NCBI GenBank assembly: GCA_964362645.1
Contig: CAYIFC010000002.1
Coordinates: 1-35,330 of the forward strand
Direction of reading: 5' to 3'
DNA from: an uncultured Candidatus Saccharibacteria bacterium
GTDB lineage: Bacteria > Patescibacteriota > Minisyncoccia > Phycocordibacterales > JACOZG01
DNA: 35,330 nt
This document shows, piece by piece, positions 5,364 through 14,538 of this stretch. The translations under genes were made by a program, and so were the position numbers. The notes under the pieces were generated by a model that was given only the letters and a program-made list of their open reading frames with translations, had not been told where the DNA came from and did not search any database. The first letter of the stretch is position 1; each line of letters starts with the position of its first letter.

Positions 5364-7262
5364 TCAGAGCACATCAGCGGGGTCGACATCAACAGTCACC
5401 TCATCCGCGCGGCCTAGGTGTTTTAGGAGAGTGACGAGCGACTCCTCCGGCCACTCTTCGGGTTTACGCCGGATCAGAATGTTGCCGCGATAATTTTCGT
5501 TACCAGAGAGGTGGCGACTGGGGTAGGCATCGGGCTCATAATCTTTAAACTTGTCGGCTAGATGTTTAACTTTAGGCAAGACGTCTTGTTTGCGACCAGT
5601 AACCGAAATTTTTATTAAAATGGTAAACGGCGGGTAGCCAAAAGTTTTACGCTCGGCGATTTCTTGCCGGTAAAAGTCGAGGACTTGCCCTTTGAGACCA
5701 AGGTCGAAGAGGCCGTGCTCGGGATGCCGCGTTTGGAGCACGAGCCGCTTACTCGCCATGCCTCGGAGTCGCGAAAGGAGGCCGAAGACTCGCTCGTTAG
5801 TGCGGAAGTCGGGGAGAGCGAGCATTGAGTCAATTGCGGCGATGGCCACATTTTCTACTCGCTCCTTCAAATAATAGAGAGCCATTTCGGTGCCAATGAT
5901 GACGCCGCCGGATGAGGCCATAAACTTTCGAACAATCCCTTCGGCTTGTTTGCTGGTCTTAACGCTGTCGCTGTCGAGCTGGGCGAGAGGGAGATCGGGG
6001 AAGGCGGTGCTGATTGCTTTGGCCACTTGATCGATACCCGTACCTAACTCCGTTAAACGCCAACTCTCGCAGTTACGGCACATTTCGTCGGATTGCCGCT
6101 CGTCGCCACAGTGATGGCACAGAAAGATCTGTTGTTGATGGAGCACTACAGGTGCGGCACAACGCCGACAGCGCACGAGTTGGCCGCAATCCTGGCAGAC
6201 GATAATCGGTGAGAGGCCACGGCGGTGGCTGAAGATAAAAACTTTCTCGCTTTGCTTGCGGGCATAGTCGATGAGAGCCAGTAGGTCATGACTCACACCG
6301 CCACTTAACTCCTTGTTTTTGGCCAGATCAATTAAGTGGTAGTCAGCACCCGAGGCAATGTGGTGCTTGAGTGGCGAGAGTTGGAGGAGGTCGCCGCGCT
6401 GGGTTCGGTACACCGTTTCGGCTCGGAGCACAGTGTCGCCAAAAATTAATTTGGCACCTAAAGTCTCCGCCAAAAATTCGGTAAACTTGCGGGCGTCCAC
6501 AAATGGTCGCGTTAAACTTTTGTAAGCAGGAGAACTCTCTTGGTCGACGATTAAGGCCCGCCAGTCGTGGCGGGGGAGCGAGAGGAAGAGGGGTGTGGCA
6601 ATAACAAGAATTGGATGCTCCATTTCCACCGCGTGTTGCCACTCACTCTTTAACTTGCTGGCCGATAGGCGATGATGGAGGACGACGGTATAATTAGCAA
6701 TCCCTTTGGAAATAATTTCGGCCGTGCGTTCCACGTCGGTTACCGTTGGCACACAGAAGAAGACGGAGTGACCGCGGGCAAACTCTTCGCGAATCAAACT
6801 TTTGTAATGAATGTGGCGCTCGGCGTCTGATTCCTGGAGAACTAGTTTATCGATCTTGACTTTCTTTTCGTCTCGGCCAGCAACCGGGCTTGGGGGTGGT
6901 GGCGACACAATTTTCGATTTTGGATCAGGCTCATTAATGATCGGTTGGGGCACAAAGTGTTTGATGGTTGGTCCCAATTCGGCGGCAAAATAGTCGGCCG
7001 CTCGGTGAGCAGCGGCCAGAAAGGGGGGTAAGAAGAATTGTTTGGCTTTAACTTGACTGACTTTCCGCAGGGGGTAGTTGGCAGTTTTTACCGCCATCTT
7101 AACGTTATCAACAACCGTCACTTTCGTAACCAACGCATCGATCTGACGGTTTTTAACCGGCACAACAACCAGAGCGCCCGGGACCACCTCGGCGGCGGTA
7201 AAGTAGGTTAACTCCGCTCCGAGTGGTGCTCGGGTGAGAGGCACCACGCTAACCACTTTCAT
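5364..7262 (-). CDS. priA: Primosomal protein N' (PriA)-like protein with degenerate ATPase motifs
   Basis: 632 aa and collinear with PriA. It has the N-terminal DNA-binding region, two RecA-like lobes, and the Cys-rich insertion CQDCGQLVRCRRCAAPVVLHQQQIFLCHHCGDERQSDEMCRNCES (four CxxC pairs). The Walker A, DExH and motif VI positions are substituted (see findings). Confidence 0.8.
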   Translation of the reverse strand: MKVVSVVPLTRAPLGAELTYFTAAEVVPGALVVVPVKNRQIDALVTKVTVVDNVKMAVKTANYPLRKVSQVKAKQFFLPPFLAAAHRAADYFAAELGPTIKHFVPQPIINEPDPKSKIVSPPPPSPVAGRDEKKVKIDKLVLQESDAERHIHYKSLIREEFARGHSVFFCVPTVTDVERTAEIISKGIANYTVVLHHRLSASKLKSEWQHAVEMEHPILVIATPLFLSLPRHDWRALIVDQESSPAYKSLTRPFVDARKFTEFLAETLGAKLIFGDTVLRAETVYRTQRGDLLQLSPLKHHIASGADYHLIDLAKNKELSGGVSHDLLALIDYARKQSEKVFIFSHRRGLSPIIVCQDCGQLVRCRRCAAPVVLHQQQIFLCHHCGDERQSDEMCRNCESWRLTELGTGIDQVAKAISTAFPDLPLAQLDSDSVKTSKQAEGIVRKFMASSGGVIIGTEMALYYLKERVENVAIAAIDSMLALPDFRTNERVFGLLSRLRGMASKRLVLQTRHPEHGLFDLGLKGQVLDFYRQEIAERKTFGYPPFTILIKISVTGRKQDVLPKVKHLADKFKDYEPDAYPSRHLSGNENYRGNILIRRKPEEWPEESLVTLLKHLGRADEVTVDVDPADVL

Positions 7263-7277
7263 TGCCTATACCCTAGC

Positions 7278-8123
7278 ATGCTTTTGTTTTATAATGAAAG
7301 AGTGAGCGCGAGTTCGTCAGAAAAAAAGTATCTCTCGCTCGAGCGCGCCGGCAAGTTAGTCGGTGCCGACTCGGTGTCGCTTAAAATGTGGTGCGACCAT
7401 GGCGAGGTAGGCGGGGCAAAAAAAATTGGCCCCGACTGGTTCGTGCCCGAGGACTCCTTGTTATCGCTTGGCGAATTAGCTTCCGAGCGCCGTCACGTGC
7501 CGATCCCTCTGCCTGTCAAACACGCCTTGCTCTCGGTTTTGCTATTAGTAGGTGCGGTCGCTGGATTCCAGTTCTTTAATCAGCCGGCGGTGCGCGAAGA
7601 TTTAGGCCGAGGGGTTGAAGTTGTAAGTCAGTCGGCCCAGACCGCTCAAGCTTTCGATGAAGTTGGTAACGGCTTGGGATTGGCTTGGCGCCGTTTGAGC
7701 GACTTTTTAGTCACTATTGGCAACAACATTTCTTACTACCTTGGACAGATTGGTGAGGCTTGGGGTAATTGGTGGCAGGATGATGAGCAAGCAAACAAAG
7801 ATGCGCTAAAAGAAGAAATTCGCGCCGAGCTTAAACTTGAGTTTGAGCAAGAATTGCAAGCTATTGTTAATCAAATTAATAATCTGGGTACTACTGGAGG
7901 ATCGAAGGCCACATTTAACCCTGATACGGGGGTGGTGCTCGTGCCGAGCACCGGCGAGCCTGGCAGTGATCAAGCAATTAAGAATCAGTTAAAAAATATG
8001 TTTTCTGACGAAGTGCAGGTTGAGTTTGATGCGAGTGGTCAAGCCGGAGTGATCACGCCAATATACCCCAGCGGTCCCTCAAGCGATCGCTATGTTTTTA
8101 TCCTAACGCCAATTAAGCAATGA
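7278..8123 (+). CDS. Membrane protein with N-terminal excisionase/MerR-like HTH and coiled coil
   Basis: YLSLERAGKLVGADSVSLKMWCDHGEVGGAKKIGPDWFVPEDSL resembles the HTH_17-type motif. It is followed by a TM helix (ALLSVLLLVGAVAGFQFF) and a charged coiled-coil segment. The real start may be GTG 7302, which lies 6 nt after TATAAT 7290-7295. Confidence 0.6.
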   Translation: MLLFYNERVSASSSEKKYLSLERAGKLVGADSVSLKMWCDHGEVGGAKKIGPDWFVPEDSLLSLGELASERRHVPIPLPVKHALLSVLLLVGAVAGFQFFNQPAVREDLGRGVEVVSQSAQTAQAFDEVGNGLGLAWRRLSDFLVTIGNNISYYLGQIGEAWGNWWQDDEQANKDALKEEIRAELKLEFEQELQAIVNQINNLGTTGGSKATFNPDTGVVLVPSTGEPGSDQAIKNQLKNMFSDEVQVEFDASGQAGVITPIYPSGPSSDRYVFILTPIKQ

Positions 8124-9682
8124 AGAAGCTATTATTTCTAATCACCTTAGTTAGCCTGACCCTCCCCGTTAGTAGTTTAGCGGCGACCGAACAAATAGTT
8201 TTAACACCGGCTAAGCGTGAGATCTCTCTAAGTCCTGGCCAAAGTCGAACCGAGCACTTTAAGATCGTCAACAATACTCCAGCTCCAGTTTGGGTAAATG
8301 TGGGTGCGGAGGAATTGGCGAACGAGGTTTATTCAATCCTGCCGTATTTGGAATTTAATCAGCGAGAGTTTCTTTTAGCTTCTGGTCAAACACAAGAAGT
8401 GCCAGTGACAATCAGCTTACCAGAGACAGCTGTGCCTGGCGGTTTTTATGGTACGGTAACTTTTTCGGTGGCCTCGGTCCAGCCCGAGGCTGGCGAGGAC
8501 GCCAAAGTAGTAACGCGGCTGGGTAGCCTACTTTTTGTGCGGGTGCCGGGCGCGGTGGCCGCGGCGGGCGAACTCGAATCAGTGGCTGTAAGTGGTAAAA
8601 AAAATCAGCGTCAACTTCTGCTTGGCTTTAACAACTCTGGTTCCATCTACCTAAATCCTTATGGTTTGGCGGCCATTAAGTCAGTCGGAATTGGTGAAGA
8701 TCGAGAATTAGTGATTGACCCGTGGTATGTGTTGCCTCAGTCGAGCCGGGTGCGGGAAGTTACTTTACCAACTGATCTTGTTCCTGGTATTTACCGTGCC
8801 ACTGTCTCGCTCAATCGCGGTTATGGCGATATTGTTGACCAATCTAGTACTGTCTTTGTAGCGTGGCCGTCACCGAAGATAATGATCATTCTGGGCGCGG
8901 GGTTGCTACTTATTTTATTTTTGCTAATTCTTAAACGCCTCCTTTTTGCCCTAATATTTATTATTATCGTCGGAGCTTTGGTGTTTGCCAGTAATGCCTT
9001 CGGTGAAGTGGCGAGTAGTACTAATTATCAAATTCAAACCGATAGCCTTAACTTTGCTGGTGGTTTTTCGACCTCTACAAATTACGAAATTGGCGATACT
9101 TTAGGCGAGCTTGGCACGAGTACTTCCACGAGTGCCACTTACAACTTGCGCGCAGGTTATCGGCCAATGCTCGAGTCATACTTGGCCGTTAGCGCGCCGG
9201 GCAACGTTTCGATGAGCCCGGCGGTTGACGGTAGCGGCGATAGCTCTCTCGGTTCGGCCGCTTGGACCGTTACCACCGACAATCCCGCTGGTTACACTTT
9301 AGCCATTAAAGCCTCAACTAACCCCGCCTTAACGGCTGGGGCTAATAACTTTACTGATTACTCTCCTGCTGGCGCCGTGCCGGATTACACTTGGACGATT
9401 GCCGCTAGCTCCGCCTTATTCGGCTTTAGTCCTGAAGGCACTCACATTACAACTCGGTACAAAGATAACGGCGCCGTCTGTGGAACTGGCGCTCTTGATA
9501 CCAGCAGTAGTTGTTGGGACGGTCTCTCAACTACTAATCGCACAATTGCCAGCTCGACTTCTAGTAATCAGCCGACTGGTACGGCCACGACGGTTAAACT
9601 CCAAGCGGCCACCGGCGCGAGTAAAACTCAAACGGCTGGTAGTTACACTGCCACTCTCACTGTGACGGCTCTTGTCCAATAA
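8120..9682 (+). CDS. Cell-surface protein: signal peptide, beta-sandwich-like half, internal TM plus a second signal-peptide-like segment, Ser/Thr-rich half
   Basis: The signal peptide is MKKLLFLITLVSLTLPVSSLAAT, and the start overlaps the upstream stop (ATGA). The internal segment is IMIILGAGLLLILFLLILKR followed by LLFALIFIIIVGALVFASNAFG-EV. The C-terminal half carries three S-x-NY short repeats and W-x-V/GYTL motifs. The resemblance to DUF916/CscA plus a WxL-type domain is tentative. Confidence 0.6.
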   Translation: MKKLLFLITLVSLTLPVSSLAATEQIVLTPAKREISLSPGQSRTEHFKIVNNTPAPVWVNVGAEELANEVYSILPYLEFNQREFLLASGQTQEVPVTISLPETAVPGGFYGTVTFSVASVQPEAGEDAKVVTRLGSLLFVRVPGAVAAAGELESVAVSGKKNQRQLLLGFNNSGSIYLNPYGLAAIKSVGIGEDRELVIDPWYVLPQSSRVREVTLPTDLVPGIYRATVSLNRGYGDIVDQSSTVFVAWPSPKIMIILGAGLLLILFLLILKRLLFALIFIIIVGALVFASNAFGEVASSTNYQIQTDSLNFAGGFSTSTNYEIGDTLGELGTSTSTSATYNLRAGYRPMLESYLAVSAPGNVSMSPAVDGSGDSSLGSAAWTVTTDNPAGYTLAIKASTNPALTAGANNFTDYSPAGAVPDYTWTIAASSALFGFSPEGTHITTRYKDNGAVCGTGALDTSSSCWDGLSTTNRTIASSTSSNQPTGTATTVKLQAATGASKTQTAGSYTATLTVTALVQ

Positions 9683-9686
9683 TTTT

Positions 9687-11672
9687 ATGCGCAAATTTTG
9701 GTTACTTATGATTATCGGCCTAACTATTTTCTTGCCGCTGGCTCAAGCGGCTACTGACGGTGTGGACGTTAATTTGACGGTTGATGCTCCGGCATCGACA
9801 GACGGAGGCGGCGGTACTCCTGATCCTGACCCAGTACTTGGTTGTACTGACTCGGCAGCGAGCAATTATAATTCGTCAGCGACGCAAGATAACGGCAGCT
9901 GCACTTATCCGGTGGTTGTAACTAACGCCAGCAATTTTACTGTCACCTACAATACTGGCACTCAAGTAATTAATTTAACTTGGCAGAACCCATCATTTTC
10001 CGGTTTTGCGGGAGTTAGGATAATGCGGAGTACTAGCTTCTTTCCTACATCACCCACTAGCGGTTCACTCATTTACGACGGTACGGGGCAGAGTGCAGTT
10101 GATAGTAGTGTTGTCGCGGGGACAACATACTATTACACTATTTTTGCTTACAGTGATTCCGGAACTTATGCTTCTGGTGCGGTAGCTTCGGAAAATGTAC
10201 CTATTCCAGAAGCGGAGGAGGAAGAGCCTGTCCCAGAACCAGAGCCTGATCCAGTCGATGATCCAAGCGTTGATGGTGGAGATGGGGGGCCAACTATTCC
10301 TGATCCATTCGAATCATTTCCGGCAGCAATTTCGCTCGATCCACTGATCCAAGCCCTCAATCTGGGCGATTTCGTTTTCTTCCAACCGGGTGAGCGACGA
10401 CAGTTCTTTGCCGGTGGCGAAGCGATTGGCGTTAATGCCAGCAAACCCCTGACGATTACCATCGACGCCACGCGGTTGCCAGAGGCCTTAAAAGCAATTG
10501 GTTTGACGATCGGCGATCCGGTGAGTAAGAAGCCACTCACCTCATTCCTTCTCCGTTCTACCGATGATAAGTCACAATATTTAGCCAGTCTCGCGCCATT
10601 TCTAAAACCCGGCCGTTACCCAATCAGTATCCATATTCTTAACTTCCGTGATCAGTCGATAAAGCGTTTAGTCGGGAGTTTGGTGGTGGGGGGAGTTGGG
10701 TCAGTTTTTTCTCGTGGCATTAAAATTGCCGGTCGAGTTGTTACCCCTTTGGCCATTGGTGTTGGTTTGGCGAGTGGAGTAATTGAAGGATTGGCTCTTT
10801 CGGCCAAGGTTGCTTCATTCACCGATCTATATTTATTAATCTTAAATTTTATTAACATTATTTTAAAAGCTTTTGGTCTAAAAAAACGCGAACGACCGTG
10901 GGGCGTGGTTTATGATTCGGTTACTAAACGACCAATTGATCCAGCCTATGTGGTGGTACGAAAAGGGCAGGCTGATGTAAATACGGCCATTACCGACCTT
11001 GATGGTCGTTACAGCTTCTTTTTACCAGCGGCCGGTGTCTATAATTTGGTGGCTAATAAAACTCACTATGCTTTCCCGTCGGCAAAACTGACTGGCAAGA
11101 ATTCTGACGAGCTGTATGACAGTCTTTATTTTGGCGGCGACTTCAATATTAACGAAGGAGAGGTTGTTAATAAAAACATCCCGCTCGATCCCGTTGGTTT
11201 CGACTGGAACGAGTTTGCCAAGAATCAGCGTGGCTTCTTCTACCTCCAGCAAAAGCGCGAGCGTCTGCGGAAAACGGTGGTCACTCTTTTGTATGTGGGT
11301 GGGTTTGCGTTAACGCTGTATCAAGTTTTGTTCCACCCTCGGCTTTTAAACATTGTCGTATTAGTGCTTTACTTTGCTGCGTTTGGCCTCAAGTATCTTT
11401 GGCGCTACCATCGGCCGGTGGTGGGAGTTAAACACGCTGGTACCAACTTACCCGTACCGTTCGCTCTCATCCACGCTTACATTCCCAATATCGATCAGCA
11501 GATTAAATCTGTCGCCGCCGACGCGCTCGGCCGCTTCTTCCTCCTCACGCCGCCCGGCGATTACTACCTAACCGTGGAAGAAAAGCTCCCTGACGGCACC
11601 TACCAAAAAATCCACCAAACCCCGACCATGCACCTAACCAGGGGATTGGTAACCCAAGATTTGGTTGTCTAA
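9687..11672 (+). CDS. Large surface/membrane protein with FN3-like domain, acidic Pro/Glu linker, several TM helices and two CarboxypepD_reg-like beta-sandwich segments
   Basis: The signal peptide is MRKFWLLMIIGLTIFLPLAQA. I prefer ATG 9687 over the ORF-track TTG 9672, which overlaps the upstream gene. Other elements are NFTVTYNTGTQVINLTWQNP...GTTYYYTIFAYSDSG (FN3-like), PEAEEEEPVPEPEPDPVDDP, and ITDLDGRYSFFLPAAGVYNLVA. Confidence 0.65.
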   Translation: MRKFWLLMIIGLTIFLPLAQAATDGVDVNLTVDAPASTDGGGGTPDPDPVLGCTDSAASNYNSSATQDNGSCTYPVVVTNASNFTVTYNTGTQVINLTWQNPSFSGFAGVRIMRSTSFFPTSPTSGSLIYDGTGQSAVDSSVVAGTTYYYTIFAYSDSGTYASGAVASENVPIPEAEEEEPVPEPEPDPVDDPSVDGGDGGPTIPDPFESFPAAISLDPLIQALNLGDFVFFQPGERRQFFAGGEAIGVNASKPLTITIDATRLPEALKAIGLTIGDPVSKKPLTSFLLRSTDDKSQYLASLAPFLKPGRYPISIHILNFRDQSIKRLVGSLVVGGVGSVFSRGIKIAGRVVTPLAIGVGLASGVIEGLALSAKVASFTDLYLLILNFINIILKAFGLKKRERPWGVVYDSVTKRPIDPAYVVVRKGQADVNTAITDLDGRYSFFLPAAGVYNLVANKTHYAFPSAKLTGKNSDELYDSLYFGGDFNINEGEVVNKNIPLDPVGFDWNEFAKNQRGFFYLQQKRERLRKTVVTLLYVGGFALTLYQVLFHPRLLNIVVLVLYFAAFGLKYLWRYHRPVVGVKHAGTNLPVPFALIHAYIPNIDQQIKSVAADALGRFFLLTPPGDYYLTVEEKLPDGTYQKIHQTPTMHLTRGLVTQDLVV

Positions 11673-11703
11673 AAATAAAAAAACGCCCCGATGCTCTGGG
11701 GCG
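11673..11703 (-). terminator. Intrinsic terminator of the 145-aa minus-strand gene (possibly bidirectional)
   Basis: Stem cgcccc (11684-11689) pairs with ggggcg (11698-11703). The plus-strand A-run 11673-11683 is a T-run on the minus strand. Confidence 0.65.
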
Positions 11704-11732
11704 CTGATAACACGGGTTTTGTTTTAACGGTG

Positions 11733-12170
11733 CTAATCGATATGGAGGATTCCAAGAATGTGATAGAGATCCTCCTCCATTTCGTAATTTTGGACCCTAT
11801 CAGTAGGCACCTTCAGTTTAATGGTCCACATTCTTTTACCCTGTTTGACTGAAGGGTAGAGACAGTCAATGGGTAGGCCGGCAAATTCCGGGTTGCTTAT
11901 TTGAAGCATTGGTAAGCCATCGCCGTATCGTAAACCAATAATTGTCCCCGCCATAAATTGGTTGTGGGTGTAAAAACTGAATTTTAGGCCGATCAATCCA
12001 TCAATATGCAATATCCCAGGAAATCCGAACCTAGTTGCATCTTCTACCCATTTCTTCTCCCATTTTTCGATAATTTCTGATTTTTCTGAATAAGTAAGAC
12101 CTGTGTCGTTTTTCACCTTCGTCTCCCATAAAAAGACCACTAATCTTGTTAACCTAACTAGCCCATTCAT
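11733..12170 (-). CDS. Hypothetical 145-aa protein
   Basis: It has a clean ORF and its own terminator. TATTAT lies 5 nt upstream of the ATG with no SD. No domain was recognised. Confidence 0.5.
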   Translation of the reverse strand: MNGLVRLTRLVVFLWETKVKNDTGLTYSEKSEIIEKWEKKWVEDATRFGFPGILHIDGLIGLKFSFYTHNQFMAGTIIGLRYGDGLPMLQISNPEFAGLPIDCLYPSVKQGKRMWTIKLKVPTDRVQNYEMEEDLYHILGILHID

Positions 12171-12234
12171 ACTATATAATAGCTAAAAAAGCAAGCGGTT
12201 TGGCAAAAAGGGTGGGGGAGCATACAATGGCAAG

Positions 12235-13521
12235 GTGGGACGCGAAGTATTTGTAATCGACGGCTTTGGTGGCCGGCGGGTTATTGATGGATCCATTAAA
12301 GTTAATGGGTCTAAAAATGACGCCGTTCAGGCCTTCGCGGCCAGTCTCTTATTTAAGTCGGGCTACGGTGTTACTGATGTGCCTGATATTGATGATATTT
12401 CTAAAATGGGTGCCTTGCTCGAGAAGTTGGGTGTGGGAGTATTAAAGAATAACAAGAAGTGGAGTTTTAATACTAAGAATATTACCAGTCATGTTATCGA
12501 CCCTGAGATCGCCTGCAAGATCCGCGCCTCGATTCTATTAACCGGACCTTTACTCGCCCGATCAGTTAAGGTTAACTTTCCGCACCCTGGCGGCTGCGTT
12601 ATTGGCGAGCGACCAATTGATCTCTTCCTCGACGGTTTTAAACAAATGGGCGCAAAGGTAGAAGAGAACGAAGTCGGGTATAAAATTACAGCCCCTAAGG
12701 GAGGATTAAATGGCGTGACAATATTTTTCCGGAATCAAACTGTGACCGGCACCGAAACCTTTATGATGGCGGCGGTGTTAGCGCGCGGTACGACCGTGCT
12801 CAAAAATTGCGCGCTCGAACCGGAGATCGAAAATCTTGGTCGCTATCTAGTATCTCAAGGCGCTAGGATTACCGGCTTAGGCACGCCCACAATCACAATT
12901 AAGGGTCGCGCTGGCAAACCACTTGAAGCAAAAAAGCCATACAAAGTTTTGCCCGATCGGATCGAGGCTGGCAGTTTTCTTATTCTTGGCGCGCTCGCGG
13001 CCAAGAAGCTAAAAGTCGAAGGCGTTAGAGTTCAGGATCTCGAATCTTTACTCGCTCATTTTGAGAGGATCGGCGTGCCGTTTAAACTTGGCCAAAGTTC
13101 GGTAACGATTACGGCACCCACCAAACCACTTCAAGCTCTAGAAGTTAAAACGCATGAGTACCCCGGCTTCCCCACTGATCTCCAAGCCCTGATGGCGGTA
13201 CTTCTGACGCAAGCGGAAGGCGAGAGCAAAGTTTTTGAAGCGATCTTCGAAGGTCGATTGGTTTATCTGGAAACCTTGGTGAGGATGGGGGCGAAAACGC
13301 AGGTCATGAGCCAGAATCGGGCAAGGATTACCGGCCCCACGCCACTTACCGGAGCCTCCGTTGAGAGTCCCGACTTACGCGCCGGTCTGGCTTACATCTT
13401 GGCGGCCATCGTTGCCAAGGGTCAGTCGGAGGTCCACAATATTCATTATATTGATCGCGGTTACGAATGCATTGATGAGCGGCTCGCTTCGCTTGGTGTT
13501 AAGATCAAGCGTCTAACTTAA
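12235..13521 (+). CDS. murA: UDP-N-acetylglucosamine 1-carboxyvinyltransferase
   Basis: VNGSKNDAV matches the ISGAKNA-type motif, and the active-site segment HPGGCVIGERPIDL retains the Cys. ESPDLRAGLAYILAA is also present. The start is GTG. Confidence 0.9.
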   Translation: MGREVFVIDGFGGRRVIDGSIKVNGSKNDAVQAFAASLLFKSGYGVTDVPDIDDISKMGALLEKLGVGVLKNNKKWSFNTKNITSHVIDPEIACKIRASILLTGPLLARSVKVNFPHPGGCVIGERPIDLFLDGFKQMGAKVEENEVGYKITAPKGGLNGVTIFFRNQTVTGTETFMMAAVLARGTTVLKNCALEPEIENLGRYLVSQGARITGLGTPTITIKGRAGKPLEAKKPYKVLPDRIEAGSFLILGALAAKKLKVEGVRVQDLESLLAHFERIGVPFKLGQSSVTITAPTKPLQALEVKTHEYPGFPTDLQALMAVLLTQAEGESKVFEAIFEGRLVYLETLVRMGAKTQVMSQNRARITGPTPLTGASVESPDLRAGLAYILAAIVAKGQSEVHNIHYIDRGYECIDERLASLGVKIKRLT

Positions 13522-13524
13522 TTT

Positions 13525-14538
13525 ATGGGTTTTTTTACACGCAAATTAGGAATTGATTTGGGCACGGCGAACACCCTCGTTTTTGTGCCGGGCAAGGGGA
13601 TTGTGCTCAACGAGCCGTCGGTGGTGGCCGTTTCGGGTATGACCAACCGCGTGCTGGCCGTAGGGGCCGAAGCTAAGCAAATGGTTGGCCGCACCCCCGA
13701 CAACATTACCGCCTATCGACCAATGAAGGATGGTGTGATTGCTGACTACCGCGTAACGGAGGCGATGCTCCGCTACTTTATCAGTAAAGCTCTTGGTCGT
13801 TTCAATCTCTTTCGTCCGGATGTGATGGTGTCGGTGCCAGCGGGCGTTACCTCCACCGAGCGGCGCGCGGTGGTGGAGGCGGCGATCAAGGCCGGGGCTA
13901 AAAATGCCTATGTGGTTAAGGAGCCAATCTTGGCGGCGATCGGCGCCGGTGTGCCGATCCATGAGGCGCGCGGACACATGGTGGTCGACATCGGCGGTGG
14001 CACTACCGACGTGGCGGTAATCTCGCTTGGTGGTATCGTTGCTTCCACTTCTGTTAAATACGCCGGCAACAAGATCGATCAGTCGATCGCCGATTATATT
14101 AAAAAAACTTTTAACCTGGCGATTGGCGACAAGACGGCGGAAGAAGTTAAGATTGCCATCGGCTCGGCCGTGCCTTTGGAAGAGGAACTGACCCATACCA
14201 TTAAAGGTCGCGACTTCATGACCGGTCTGCCGCGCTTTGCAGAGATCAAAACCAACGAGATCGTGCGGGCGATCGATAGCGAACTGCGCGAGATTATTAA
14301 GGCGATCAAACACGTCTTCCAAGACACACCGCCCGAACTTTCGGCCGATATTATTGATCACGGCATTATTATGACCGGTGGTTCCTCCATGCTCCGCAAT
14401 CTACCAGAGCTTGTCTATCGCCGGACGGGGGTAAAAGCGATCCTGGCCGATGACGCGCTTTATTGCGTGGCCAAGGGTACCGGTGTGGCCCTGGAGCATT
14501 TAGATACTTACAAAAAAACCATCCTTGCCAAGCGCTAA
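13525..14538 (+). CDS. mreB: Rod-shape determining actin-like protein MreB, paralog 1
   Basis: Motifs include GIDLGTANTLVFV, PAGVTSTERRAV, DIGGGTTDVAVISLGGIV and MTGGSSMLRNL. Confidence 0.9.
   Translation: MGFFTRKLGIDLGTANTLVFVPGKGIVLNEPSVVAVSGMTNRVLAVGAEAKQMVGRTPDNITAYRPMKDGVIADYRVTEAMLRYFISKALGRFNLFRPDVMVSVPAGVTSTERRAVVEAAIKAGAKNAYVVKEPILAAIGAGVPIHEARGHMVVDIGGGTTDVAVISLGGIVASTSVKYAGNKIDQSIADYIKKTFNLAIGDKTAEEVKIAIGSAVPLEEELTHTIKGRDFMTGLPRFAEIKTNEIVRAIDSELREIIKAIKHVFQDTPPELSADIIDHGIIMTGGSSMLRNLPELVYRRTGVKAILADDALYCVAKGTGVALEHLDTYKKTILAKR

Noticed and set aside
12175-12180. TATAAT at 12175-12180 as the murA promoter -10
   Set aside because: No acceptable -35 lies at 16-19 nt spacing. The same bases read on the minus strand sit directly before the 145-aa gene start, so the strand assignment is ambiguous and I did not list it as a feature.
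13546-14361. 271-aa minus-strand ORF inside mreB-1, and similar antisense ORFs at 5615-5851, 6343-6642, 10166-10540, 19180-19575 and 34481-34864
   Set aside because: They lie fully antisense to genes with strong family signatures. They have Arg/His/Ser-rich low-complexity translations and lack an RBS, as expected for shadow ORFs in GC-richer coding DNA.
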